The position numbers and the translations under genes were made by a program. A stretch of 64,000 nt of DNA. Source: a virus. Positions 42,754 through 51,394 of this stretch are shown here, in pieces (the first letter of the stretch is position 1; each line of letters starts with the position of its first letter). Below the pieces are notes generated by a model. It saw only the letters and a program-made list of their open reading frames with translations, was not told where the DNA came from and did no database searches. The stretch spans positions 1-64,000 of IMG/VR virus record IMGVR_UViG_3300020172_001405; one strand, given 5' to 3'.

Positions 42754-43470
42754 TTACTGACCTTGGATGATTTCTTTAGCGATTTCATCAAGTTCCGCTG
42801 TCGTAGACATGCGGAGTGCTTCAGGTCCAAGTGGCTTCATTTTTGAAGTCAACTCAGATGCAACTGCAGGATCAATCTCCCAATCTTCAACAAGATCACG
42901 CTCTTTTACTGGCATGATTGAATATGAAGTTTTGGTTCCTTGACCAGACTTACTTACCGCCCAGTAAATATCTGGGCGATCTAGTGGACCGGTTTTCTTG
43001 TCAGAGTTTAGTTTCTCTAACTGACCGCACAAACGAATTCCACAAGTCATCATTTGGATCTGTGGTTCTTCATCTGAAAGGTTTACGACTGTGAAAGCAA
43101 ACTTGCGTTCGGGCTTGTTGCCAACACGGGATAGTGGATCATTTTCCCAGCCAATGAAAGACTTCTTGCCTGGACGTTGAACCCAATGCTGCAAAAAGCT
43201 CATGGGCTCAGCAGATAGGAACTTGATTAGTTGTACATCTTCATCAAACTTGAAATCAGCAGTATAGGATTTATTTGCTTCAGACGCTGCACGTTTTGCA
43301 GCAGCCCATCCAGTTTGAATTACAGAAGAGCGATCAGGTACTTCATTCTCTGAGTCTTCTTCGAAGAGTTCTACAGAAGTATCTACTTCTGCAGTTGGGA
43401 TATCGCTGACATAAGAGTCAACATTTGGAGCATCTTTTTTGATGCGTAGTGCATTTGCTTGAACTGACAT
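42754..43470 (-). CDS. Single-stranded DNA-binding protein (gp32-like)
   Basis: IKFL...QHWV...WAVSKSGQGTKTSY; next to polA. Confidence 0.6.
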   Translation of the reverse strand: MSVQANALRIKKDAPNVDSYVSDIPTAEVDTSVELFEEDSENEVPDRSSVIQTGWAAAKRAASEANKSYTADFKFDEDVQLIKFLSAEPMSFLQHWVQRPGKKSFIGWENDPLSRVGNKPERKFAFTVVNLSDEEPQIQMMTCGIRLCGQLEKLNSDKKTGPLDRPDIYWAVSKSGQGTKTSYSIMPVKERDLVEDWEIDPAVASELTSKMKPLGPEALRMSTTAELDEIAKEIIQGQ

Positions 43471-43511
43471 TTGAGTGTTAGTTCCTTTCTTAGCCATAGC
43501 CATAGGTAAAG

Positions 43512-43982
43512 TCAAGAAACGGTTGCTTCTTGAGTGTGAATCATAGTCCAATTCTCCAATAATTCAATTGAGAGATCTGGCCAACGATTCCAATCAATCC
43601 GTGGAGAATCTAAAAGATTCCTGGATTGAAAACTGTGAATTGCAGACTCTATCATAGCACGGCTGTACATACGAGAGCCGGGCAGTTTCTTTCCATCTAC
43701 AATTATTGATTTAAGTCTATAGGGCGCTCTAGGTATATATCCTTTTCTTTCCCACAACCGAACAGTAACCACTGGTCGGCCTAAGGCAAGACATAAAGAT
43801 CCTACACTAAATAGCTCAACGGTTTTTCCTCCTGGTAAAGCTTTTACTTTACCTTGAGATTCCCACCCTTCTTTTACTTCCTTCTTTTTTGGTTCAGGAA
43901 AGGCTACAGATTTACGTTTGCGTTTAGACCCCGGATAATACTGGTCCATATCTTTAAACATTGAATCAATAGCATCAGACAT
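43512..43982 (-). CDS. MerR-like HTH DNA-binding protein
   Basis: FSVGSLCLALGRPVVTVRLWERKGYIP...RMYS. Confidence 0.7.
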   Translation of the reverse strand: MSDAIDSMFKDMDQYYPGSKRKRKSVAFPEPKKKEVKEGWESQGKVKALPGGKTVELFSVGSLCLALGRPVVTVRLWERKGYIPRAPYRLKSIIVDGKKLPGSRMYSRAMIESAIHSFQSRNLLDSPRIDWNRWPDLSIELLENWTMIHTQEATVS

Positions 43983-43984
43983 AA

Positions 43985-44428
43985 TTAACCCTTAGAAGGA
44001 ATAAAAGCCCAAGTGATCTTCTTTGGAAACATTGCATCTACTTCTTCTTCGGTTAACTTACCTTCGTAAAGACAAGACATAATCTCATCTTCATCAACCG
44101 TAGGAACAGAACGAATGCAACGCTCTGCAAGACCGCGCTTTGTTAAAGTTAAGATTGCTGTGTCCATATCTAAAGACTGAGACACTCTACGTTGACGCTG
44201 CATAGAAACATAGCCATCAACTTCTTCTGGAAGAGATACCCAAACGTGACCTTTATCGTCAACTTCGCCGTGCTCTTCTACATACTGGTTTAACTCAGCT
44301 TTTATTTCATTTTGCTTTTTAGTAAACTCGTCTACTCTTGTTTTGTAAGAGATAAACTCCCGAAACTTTGCGACTAAAGGATTTCCTTTAGCCTCAGGTT
44401 TGCGTGCTGGTTCAGCAATTTTTGCCAT
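43985..44428 (-). CDS. Hypothetical coiled-coil protein
   Basis: SD GGAGG. Confidence 0.7.
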   Translation of the reverse strand: MAKIAEPARKPEAKGNPLVAKFREFISYKTRVDEFTKKQNEIKAELNQYVEEHGEVDDKGHVWVSLPEEVDGYVSMQRQRRVSQSLDMDTAILTLTKRGLAERCIRSVPTVDEDEIMSCLYEGKLTEEEVDAMFPKKITWAFIPSKG

Positions 44429-44464
44429 TTATTTACCCTCCTTGATAGGTGTTTGTACCCTACA

Positions 44465-44626
44465 TTAGATTTTTTCTTCTTGCAACTCTTTGATGTACAC
44501 CTCTAGTGCACGGATTATGACATCGGTCACAGTCCTGTTTTCGTAAGCTGCCTTAGCCTTTACCGCTGCCCATAGGTCATCTGGGACTCTTATGGTACGG
44601 GTAGGCGTCTTTGGTGCATTTGGCAC
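44465..44626 (-). CDS. Ribbon-helix-helix DNA-binding protein
   Basis: Manual ORF MPNAPKTPTRTIRVPDDLWAAVKAKAAYENRTVTDVIIRALEVYI; SD AGGAG. Confidence 0.8.
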   Translation of the reverse strand: MPNAPKTPTRTIRVPDDLWAAVKAKAAYENRTVTDVIIRALEVYIKELQEEKI

Positions 44627-44635
44627 GGTCTTCTC

Positions 44636-46222
44636 CTAAACTATAGCGGACTGTAAGAATGCCCTCAAACTGCCCGCGGTAAGGTTTACGCCCCCACGGT
44701 CGTTTATGCCCTCACCATCTACAACAGCATTAGCTACAGCGCTCTTTTGCTCTAGAAGGGCGTGTTGCCGTTCTTCGATAGAACCCTGCATCAGGATATC
44801 CTGAATAACTATGCTCTTCCAGGTGCTTGAGGCACGCATTATTCTACCGTTTCTTTGTACGGCTAACCCTGCATTCCAAGGTAAATCGTAATTTATTAAA
44901 AGATTAGCCTGAGGTAGGTCTACCCCATATCCTCCGGCATCAGAGCTGACCAGCACTCTAACATTTGGGTCTGTTTGAAAACTAATCTTTGACTCTTCTT
45001 TTTCTTTAGCGTTCATTTGCCCTGTGTATGGAGTACTTCCCCACTCAATCAAAGAATCCCTAATTATGTCTACCATTTTTACATAGCTAGTAAAGATAAC
45101 AACTTTATTGCCAGGATAGGCAGACAAAAAGTTATCTACATACTCTTTTAAAACAGCAAGCTTTGGTGCTTTTTTAATTGAATCTAGTAACCCTGAATCT
45201 TTTAACTCTGCTGCGTATTTAGATCCTTCTCCACGCATAGGGTTGTATATATCAGCAGAGTGGCGAATTAAATCTGGGTGATCGCACAACATGCGTAGTG
45301 AAGTTAACTTTGACATTATTTTTCCCCGTAGTTCGTCCATAGGACCACCTTGATCGCTCTGATGACCGTAGTGGGCAAAGATGTCAAAGGATCCGCCAAA
45401 AGAGTTTAGGGCGTCATCTAGGTCAGTTAAAAGCTCAGTAACTATAGAGTTGTACAGGTTTCTAGTGGCTGCATCAAAGAGTACAAATATTGGCTCAGCC
45501 ATAAGTGACTCAGGTAAATACGGAGCTACATCAGGATCTGACTGGCGCTTTCGTACGCATGCCTTGCTTAAAGTTTTGTGTAGTACCGGTAAATTACGGT
45601 ATCTGTCTACCCCACCAAATTGATTACGAACAATAAAGGTTGAGTCAAATAAATCAAATCTTCCTAAAACTTTAGGGTCTACGAACTGCATTATTGAGTA
45701 TAGCTCTTCAGGCTTACCGTTCTCAATTGGAGTACCGGTTAAAGCAAATTTATAGGGGCTCTCTAGTTTCTTTACATACTTAGATCTTTTGGATCTAAAA
45801 CTTTTGATTGCGGTGGCTTCGTCAATGACGATAAATCCTGTTGGGAGCTTTTCGATGTACTCCCAGTCGTTAACAACTTGCTCATAGTTAACAATGACAT
45901 AATTAATGAGCGAATGCCCCCAGTCGAAGGCTTGAGCATACTGCGCTGCTCGTTGTTTCGGCGTTCCATCCACGACCAGAGTTGTAGAAGATCCATCAGT
46001 AAATTTCTCAATCTGTGAGGCCCATTGATATTTAAGGGAAGAGAGACAAATTATAAGGCCTGGTTCAGTAATCTTACCCTCATCCATCAAGTTTTCTAAC
46101 GCCGCTATAGTCAAAACGGTTTTACCTAATCCAAGGTCGTAGGCAACAAGCATCTTTTTTCTAACCATCATTCGCTCTACAGCTTCAGGTTGGTATGGCA
46201 AAAGAGTACCTGTAAAGGTCAT
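44636..46222 (-). CDS. SNF2-family helicase
   Basis: DLGLGKT, DEAT, LTGTPIEN, AGGYGVDL, QRNGR. Confidence 0.92.
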   Translation of the reverse strand: MTFTGTLLPYQPEAVERMMVRKKMLVAYDLGLGKTVLTIAALENLMDEGKITEPGLIICLSSLKYQWASQIEKFTDGSSTTLVVDGTPKQRAAQYAQAFDWGHSLINYVIVNYEQVVNDWEYIEKLPTGFIVIDEATAIKSFRSKRSKYVKKLESPYKFALTGTPIENGKPEELYSIMQFVDPKVLGRFDLFDSTFIVRNQFGGVDRYRNLPVLHKTLSKACVRKRQSDPDVAPYLPESLMAEPIFVLFDAATRNLYNSIVTELLTDLDDALNSFGGSFDIFAHYGHQSDQGGPMDELRGKIMSKLTSLRMLCDHPDLIRHSADIYNPMRGEGSKYAAELKDSGLLDSIKKAPKLAVLKEYVDNFLSAYPGNKVVIFTSYVKMVDIIRDSLIEWGSTPYTGQMNAKEKEESKISFQTDPNVRVLVSSDAGGYGVDLPQANLLINYDLPWNAGLAVQRNGRIMRASSTWKSIVIQDILMQGSIEERQHALLEQKSAVANAVVDGEGINDRGGVNLTAGSLRAFLQSAIV

Positions 46223-47160
46223 ATTGCTAACGCCCCCATCACACAGTGCTTGGCTTGCTCGAGGCCTAAGTCTATCTGATCAGCAGACATATCCCCTATA
46301 TCCTTTACGTCACTGGAAGTGTAATTAAAGAACCAGCACTCTATCCCAACCTTTCTAAAGGTAGATAGTAGGGTTTGACTTGACTTCTTGCCCGCCACAT
46401 CGTTGTCCATGGCAATAACTAAAGTCTTTGCTCTACGCATTATCTCTATCTGATCGCTGCTTACGGTAGCCCCAAAGGTTGCTACGCCTCCTGGTATGCC
46501 CACAGAGGCTAATTTGACGGCATCTAGAGGAGACTCAACAACAATCATCTGATCCCCATCCCAACAGTCCAGGCCAAATAAAGTCTTTGACTTTGGGACG
46601 CCTGGAGGACGGTTAAAGAATCTTCTTGAAAGCTGACCCTTTTCTTGCCAGCCAAGCAGTTTGTTGTGGTCAACTGTTCGTATCGGTAGGATCCAAGAAG
46701 AATCGTTTGCTTGCCAGCGGACCCCATACCTATTGCAAGCATCAATAGTTATACCCCGCTCATTAGCTGCCCATATCGGCACGTCTCCAAAGACAGCTAG
46801 TCGAGCTTCGCTCATTGGTACAAGCCTAGGCAAATGGATGTAGGTTTTTTTAGCTTCATCCAACTGCCGGGATATAAAATCAATGTCTAACTCAACATCT
46901 GTTCTAAGCCATGATTTAGCTTTTTCTAGATCTCCGTACTCAAGAAGATCTGAGATGAGGGTTAGTAGGTTACCTTTGTAACCACAGGAGAAACAATTAT
47001 GTGCGCCAGTAATAGCATTTATAGACCAAGAAGGATTATTATCTTTCTTACCGGTTCTGTACTCGTGCATAGGGCACATAGCCCCAAGTTCACGGCTGCG
47101 AGGAATCGATACTATGCTTAGGCGCAGTAAAGTACGCTCTACTTCTCCTTCACGAAACAT
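46219..47160 (-). CDS. DNA primase (CHC2 zinc finger + TOPRIM)
   Basis: CPMH...CFSC, VESPLD, MDNDVAG. Confidence 0.9.
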   Translation of the reverse strand: MFREGEVERTLLRLSIVSIPRSRELGAMCPMHEYRTGKKDNNPSWSINAITGAHNCFSCGYKGNLLTLISDLLEYGDLEKAKSWLRTDVELDIDFISRQLDEAKKTYIHLPRLVPMSEARLAVFGDVPIWAANERGITIDACNRYGVRWQANDSSWILPIRTVDHNKLLGWQEKGQLSRRFFNRPPGVPKSKTLFGLDCWDGDQMIVVESPLDAVKLASVGIPGGVATFGATVSSDQIEIMRRAKTLVIAMDNDVAGKKSSQTLLSTFRKVGIECWFFNYTSSDVKDIGDMSADQIDLGLEQAKHCVMGALAI

Positions 47161-47380
47161 AGGGCTTATCCACTAAGGTTGGCGCTAGGGCATAAGTACC
47201 GCATAAAGCGCATTCCATTTGAAGAAGATAGGTAGAAATTTCGTAGTCATCAAACGAAACTTTTACATTCCATAAGTTTGATTCGCAATGTGGGCAATCA
47301 TGGTGAATTTCTTCTGCATGATCCATAGTGCCCGTGTAATCAGGTTTCAGCTCACGAATTGACTTAGGAGACGCGTGCAC
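47150..47380 (-). CDS. Small zinc-ribbon protein
   Basis: CPHC...CALCG; start reassigned to avoid full overlap with whiB. Confidence 0.6.
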   Translation of the reverse strand: MHASPKSIRELKPDYTGTMDHAEEIHHDCPHCESNLWNVKVSFDDYEISTYLLQMECALCGTYALAPTLVDKPYVS

Positions 47381-47618
47381 GTCGTCTTCTATTAATGCGG
47401 ACTCTACTTCTATCTCGTGGCGTTGTGGCGCCCCATATCCCATCAAGATCCGGTTGAGATATCGCGTAATCGGCGCAAGGAACGACAAGAGGGCACTTGT
47501 TACAGATATCTTTAGCCAGTCTAATCTGAGTGTGGCTATTGTAGTCCTGCGGAAAAAAAAGTTCCGGATCTTCCTTAGCGCATAGTTGACGGCCATCATA
47601 CGGATACTCCTGAGCCAT
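47364..47618 (-). CDS. whiB: WhiB-family transcription factor
   Basis: LCAKEDPELFFP...AKDICNKCPLVVPC...GIWGATTPRDR. Confidence 0.9.
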   Translation of the reverse strand: MAQEYPYDGRQLCAKEDPELFFPQDYNSHTQIRLAKDICNKCPLVVPCADYAISQPDLDGIWGATTPRDRSRVRINRRRRARVS

Positions 47619-48828
47619 ATTCTTCAAACCTTCCCTCTTCCCAGTCCCAAAGTAGCTCTACTTCTGCAGGGCCACAGTTACGGCTTGCAACAATCCGCAA
47701 CAATCTTGAACTATCATCGTTTTCATCTTGTCTTTGTAAAGCAAAGATCACATCCGAATCTTGGTAAAAAGATGAGGAGTAACCAATAGCATCTGCGGTA
47801 ACTTGACCTCTACGCATTTTATGGGTCAATACCTGGGTAGTCATAACAATAGGTTTTTTGTGCTTTTGAGCTAGTCTTTTCATAGACCTCGTTATATTAG
47901 TTAAAGCCATAGGTGTGTTTGCCTCTCCAGTAACCTCATCAATCATTAAGTAAACGCCATCAACAAAAATAATATCTGGCTGAAGCTTCTCTATCTTTAA
48001 AGATAACCCAGTTATAGTTGAGGCTGTCACGGAGTCGGTCAAATAAAAATTATGCATGCCGTCCATATGATCTAAAGTTTTTTGGTACCTAGCTTCTTCT
48101 AAAGGAGTTAAAGCACCTCGTATTAATCTGCCGTGAGATATGTGGGCACGCATAGAGTCGTGCCTACGTTGTTGTTCCATGTTGCTCATTTCAAAAGATT
48201 GATAGAGGGGTACAAAACCATCCTCGTGAGTATTGACTGCCATCTGTAAAGAAAGAACTGACTTACCAGTCTTAGGTGGAGCAATTACAGTAACTAGCTG
48301 TCCAGGCTGTAACCCAGCAGTTGCTACGTCCATTACCTGGAACCCTGTAGCAATTCCCAATAGGCCATTTGGTCGAGTCTTAATATTTAAGTACTCGTCG
48401 TATCGTGTGTGAGTGTTCTTAGTTAAATCTATATCGCTAGTTTGAGAAGCACCCTCATCAGAAAGCTTGGCTACTCCTGAGCCCATTAAAGTTATTGCTG
48501 CATCATGGTCTCCAGCAGATACCGCGTCAGCGGCAAGTTGAACAACCTCAATAGTCTTTTGACGTTTACGGTACTCAACTAGTTGATCTAACAAGTATGA
48601 AATTGAATCGTCAACCGCCAAAAGGCGATAGGTAGGAAAATTATCTTTTACAGTTGTAGCTGTAGGAACTTCGCTGTACTTAGTCCAGTGCTGCCGTATA
48701 AATTTCCATACGGCACGGTTCTCATCAACGTAAAACCACTCGTCTTGTAGTCCGCGCTCTAGTAGTTCAGAGATGTCTCTATCGCGTACAGCTTTAGAGA
48801 TTAATCTAATCTCGTTGTCAGCTGCCAC
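47596..48828 (-). CDS. dnaB: DnaB-like replicative helicase
   Basis: GIATGF, APPKTGKS, SFEMS, IFVDGVYL, QDSDV, ASRN. Confidence 0.9.
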   Translation of the reverse strand: MAADNEIRLISKAVRDRDISELLERGLQDEWFYVDENRAVWKFIRQHWTKYSEVPTATTVKDNFPTYRLLAVDDSISYLLDQLVEYRKRQKTIEVVQLAADAVSAGDHDAAITLMGSGVAKLSDEGASQTSDIDLTKNTHTRYDEYLNIKTRPNGLLGIATGFQVMDVATAGLQPGQLVTVIAPPKTGKSVLSLQMAVNTHEDGFVPLYQSFEMSNMEQQRRHDSMRAHISHGRLIRGALTPLEEARYQKTLDHMDGMHNFYLTDSVTASTITGLSLKIEKLQPDIIFVDGVYLMIDEVTGEANTPMALTNITRSMKRLAQKHKKPIVMTTQVLTHKMRRGQVTADAIGYSSSFYQDSDVIFALQRQDENDDSSRLLRIVASRNCGPAEVELLWDWEEGRFEEYGSGVSV

Positions 48829-49234
48829 TATTAATCCTCCCAATGTCAATGAACTTTCCGCCGTATCTTAGGCCACGTTCAGGTATATCTACAACTCCTA
48901 CCAACTCTGGTCGGTAGGGCAACTCACTTACTAGATCTGAGATTGTTTGATAGGCAGTGTAGTAGTTAAACGGATTTGTGCCCAAATTATCTAGATCTTC
49001 TAATATGTCCTTCATTTCTTTTTTTGTGTATCCAAATCCAGCTATTTCCATAGAGTACCCAAATTTCTGTGCAAAGTTCCAAAACAAAGATAGGGCACGT
49101 CGGTTGTAAGTAACCTCTTCTTTAAAAACAGGAATACCCAAAACTTTTTTCATCGCTGGTTTGCGATCTAGTATGCAATCAAGAGTCACTACAACTCTCA
49201 TTGGAACTTCGTTTGAGATATCCCCCCCTTTCAT
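48818..49234 (-). CDS. Hypothetical protein, possibly degenerate HAD fold
   Basis: VVVTLDCIL; context. Confidence 0.6.
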   Translation of the reverse strand: MKGGDISNEVPMRVVVTLDCILDRKPAMKKVLGIPVFKEEVTYNRRALSLFWNFAQKFGYSMEIAGFGYTKKEMKDILEDLDNLGTNPFNYYTAYQTISDLVSELPYRPELVGVVDIPERGLRYGGKFIDIGRINSGS

Positions 49235-49236
49235 CC

Positions 49237-49497
49237 TTAGCCTACTTTTACTTGGCCATAGCGAAGTACCAAATCACGGAACTTATCCGGAGATTTAGAA
49301 GAGTCGGCTACCTCAGATTTAGAAGCAGATCTTTTTATTTCTTTTTCTACAAGTGGTTCAACTTGCGTGGTGTGCTTGCATTTAGATCGTAAACTAAATC
49401 CGTTACAACTACATCGCATTTTTCCTTCTTCGTTTAGTTGAACTTCACTAACACCTGTTGATAGTGATATAAAAAATTGAACTGTTCTCCAAGTCAT
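49237..49497 (-). CDS. SWIM zinc-finger protein
   Basis: CSC...CKH. Confidence 0.75.
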   Translation of the reverse strand: MTWRTVQFFISLSTGVSEVQLNEEGKMRCSCNGFSLRSKCKHTTQVEPLVEKEIKRSASKSEVADSSKSPDKFRDLVLRYGQVKVG

Positions 49498-50201
49498 ATT
49501 GCTCTCCTATCTCCTTCTGTTGACTCTACAACAATTGGCATAAATGCTTCTTTGACAAAACTACCCATAGGTTGACCGTAGGTATCTCCCCAGTCTTTTA
49601 TAGGAACGTTAGTTGTTACTATAGTTGGGAGGCCAGCGTTAAAGCGAGCCCGCAGTAAAGCATCAAAAGTATTCTCTGCCCAACCAGACGCGGTTCGATA
49701 TTCTTTACCAATATCATCTAAAACTAAAACCTTAATGTTTAAATGCTCGGGAGCATCTGCATAGATACCGTCCATAAGATTTTGAATTTCACTTTCCCCG
49801 TCATCTTCCCAGTTTCGCTTTTGAAGCCGTAGAAGCTTGGGATAATCCGTAAAATACGCCGGACGGAGGGGAAGCCTTTCCGGTGTACCTATAACGTCTC
49901 GTGGAATAGTCCTTAAAAGCTCCTGGAGGACCGTAGAGGCGAGAGTAGTCTTTCCGTGACCAGGTTTACCCACCAGCAATAATCCGAGGCCGCAGGTAGA
50001 CGTTCCAGGAGCTTTTATAACATTTCCTAACCTGACTGAATTAAGCCAAGCCTCTACAGAGTCTAATACTGGTCCCTGACCTTGGATATGGGCGTATGGG
50101 CGAAGATCAGATAGTTCTAGCCCAATACTTTTAATTGGAAGGCCAGCAGCGTTTATCTGAGCCCGCACACTTGGCGCAAGATCTTTTAGGTTATAGCTCA
50201 T
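49494..50201 (-). CDS. DnaC/IstB-like helicase loader
   Basis: GKPGHGKT, LVLDDIGKE, TIVTTN. Confidence 0.88.
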   Translation of the reverse strand: MSYNLKDLAPSVRAQINAAGLPIKSIGLELSDLRPYAHIQGQGPVLDSVEAWLNSVRLGNVIKAPGTSTCGLGLLLVGKPGHGKTTLASTVLQELLRTIPRDVIGTPERLPLRPAYFTDYPKLLRLQKRNWEDDGESEIQNLMDGIYADAPEHLNIKVLVLDDIGKEYRTASGWAENTFDALLRARFNAGLPTIVTTNVPIKDWGDTYGQPMGSFVKEAFMPIVVESTEGDRRAI

Positions 50202-51085
50202 TTGCCCTCCAGCAGTTTTAACATACGTTCTTGATTAGCAAGAGCATCTTCGTCCACAAAGTCAGTTTCTGCAACTCGAGAAGTAATGCCGTGGATAGTT
50301 GGGTAAAACGCAATAAACCTGCGCCATATCGGCTGACCTATGCCGGCATCATTCAAAAGTCTAGGGTCAGCAAAGAACACGCGGATTGCTTTTAGGATTG
50401 AAAGGTTTGTGGCGTCAGACTCCGAGATAGTTTTATTGATCCACTTGGCTAACTGCTCGCCGTTAATCTGACCTGGGATACCAGAAGCCTTTTCACGGAC
50501 TAGGTCGTAAAACTCTGAGACAAGATCTTTTGAGTTCCAGGTTTCCTCTGGTCGCTCGTACCTACGCATACTTGCTGGTACCGCCTCAAACTTAGTTTTC
50601 TTGTACTTGGCATTACGCATTGCCTTTTTGTCTTCAATTTTGCCGACAGCCCCAGGAGCCTCGTCAATATCAGATCTCTTCTTTGGTAAATTCTCATCTA
50701 GGTTTGGCCAACCCATTTCGATTCCTTCCTTCGGTTTCAGCGCAGCTGAAGTATTAGAAGTACGTAGTACTTCTAATACATTTAGACTAGTAGTTATATC
50801 ATTAGTATTAAGTAAGCTATATAGAGCGCCTGGATTACCGACGCCTGATAATCCGTCGTCGGTGAACTTCAAAGTAGTGCGCCATTGACCTCCAACTTGT
50901 GCTTTTACGGCCTTTATGTAGCCAGCATCTTTGAGTTCTTTCATGGCAGAACGAATCGCGTCCCGACCTTCCGGGACTGCTGTGGATATTTCATCGGCAG
51001 ATAGAACTCTGCCTGTTTCTATATAAAACGCATATAGCCCGCGGGCGCGTAGCGATAAGTATGGATTAGAATACGGTGATTGCAT
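50198..51085 (-). CDS. Replication initiator (N-terminal winged HTH, lambda O-like)
   Basis: LSLRARGLY...GRDAIRSAMKELKDAGYI; directly upstream of DnaC-like gene. Confidence 0.7.
   Translation of the reverse strand: MQSPYSNPYLSLRARGLYAFYIETGRVLSADEISTAVPEGRDAIRSAMKELKDAGYIKAVKAQVGGQWRTTLKFTDDGLSGVGNPGALYSLLNTNDITTSLNVLEVLRTSNTSAALKPKEGIEMGWPNLDENLPKKRSDIDEAPGAVGKIEDKKAMRNAKYKKTKFEAVPASMRRYERPEETWNSKDLVSEFYDLVREKASGIPGQINGEQLAKWINKTISESDATNLSILKAIRVFFADPRLLNDAGIGQPIWRRFIAFYPTIHGITSRVAETDFVDEDALANQERMLKLLEGK
50751..50856. other. Candidate replication origin inside initiator gene
   Basis: 13-bp perfect inverted repeat, AT-rich tract, two 15-nt imperfect direct repeats. Confidence 0.5.
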
Positions 51086-51108
51086 GTAGACCCCCCTCTA
51101 CAAAAATC

Positions 51109-51384
51109 TTACAACCTATCTACCCTCTTTGGCAAACCACGCATTTCACGGACTGATGGTCCCGTAAAAACTTGTTCTACCAACAAGGACATAGTCAGTC
51201 CTAAGAACGTTGAGGCAAGACAATAAATCAAAAGGGGTAGCCCCGAAATCCCTAAGATTATGGAAGAAGGAATTGCTATGGCTGCGGCAAGTAAACCGCG
51301 CCACTTTCCAATAGATACTATAAGTCCTTCAACTGCTGTTAAAACACAGGCAGTTGCGAGTGCGGCTATAACAACATTTGTCAT
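51109..51384 (-). CDS. Small membrane protein
   Basis: About three hydrophobic segments. Confidence 0.65.
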   Translation of the reverse strand: MTNVVIAALATACVLTAVEGLIVSIGKWRGLLAAAIAIPSSIILGISGLPLLIYCLASTFLGLTMSLLVEQVFTGPSVREMRGLPKRVDRL

Positions 51385-51394
51385 AGGCCAGAGG

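Noticed and set aside
22066-48828. Inteins or introns in nrdJ, recA, polA, dnaB, helicase
   Set aside because: All are continuous, of normal length, without splice-junction or homing-nuclease motifs
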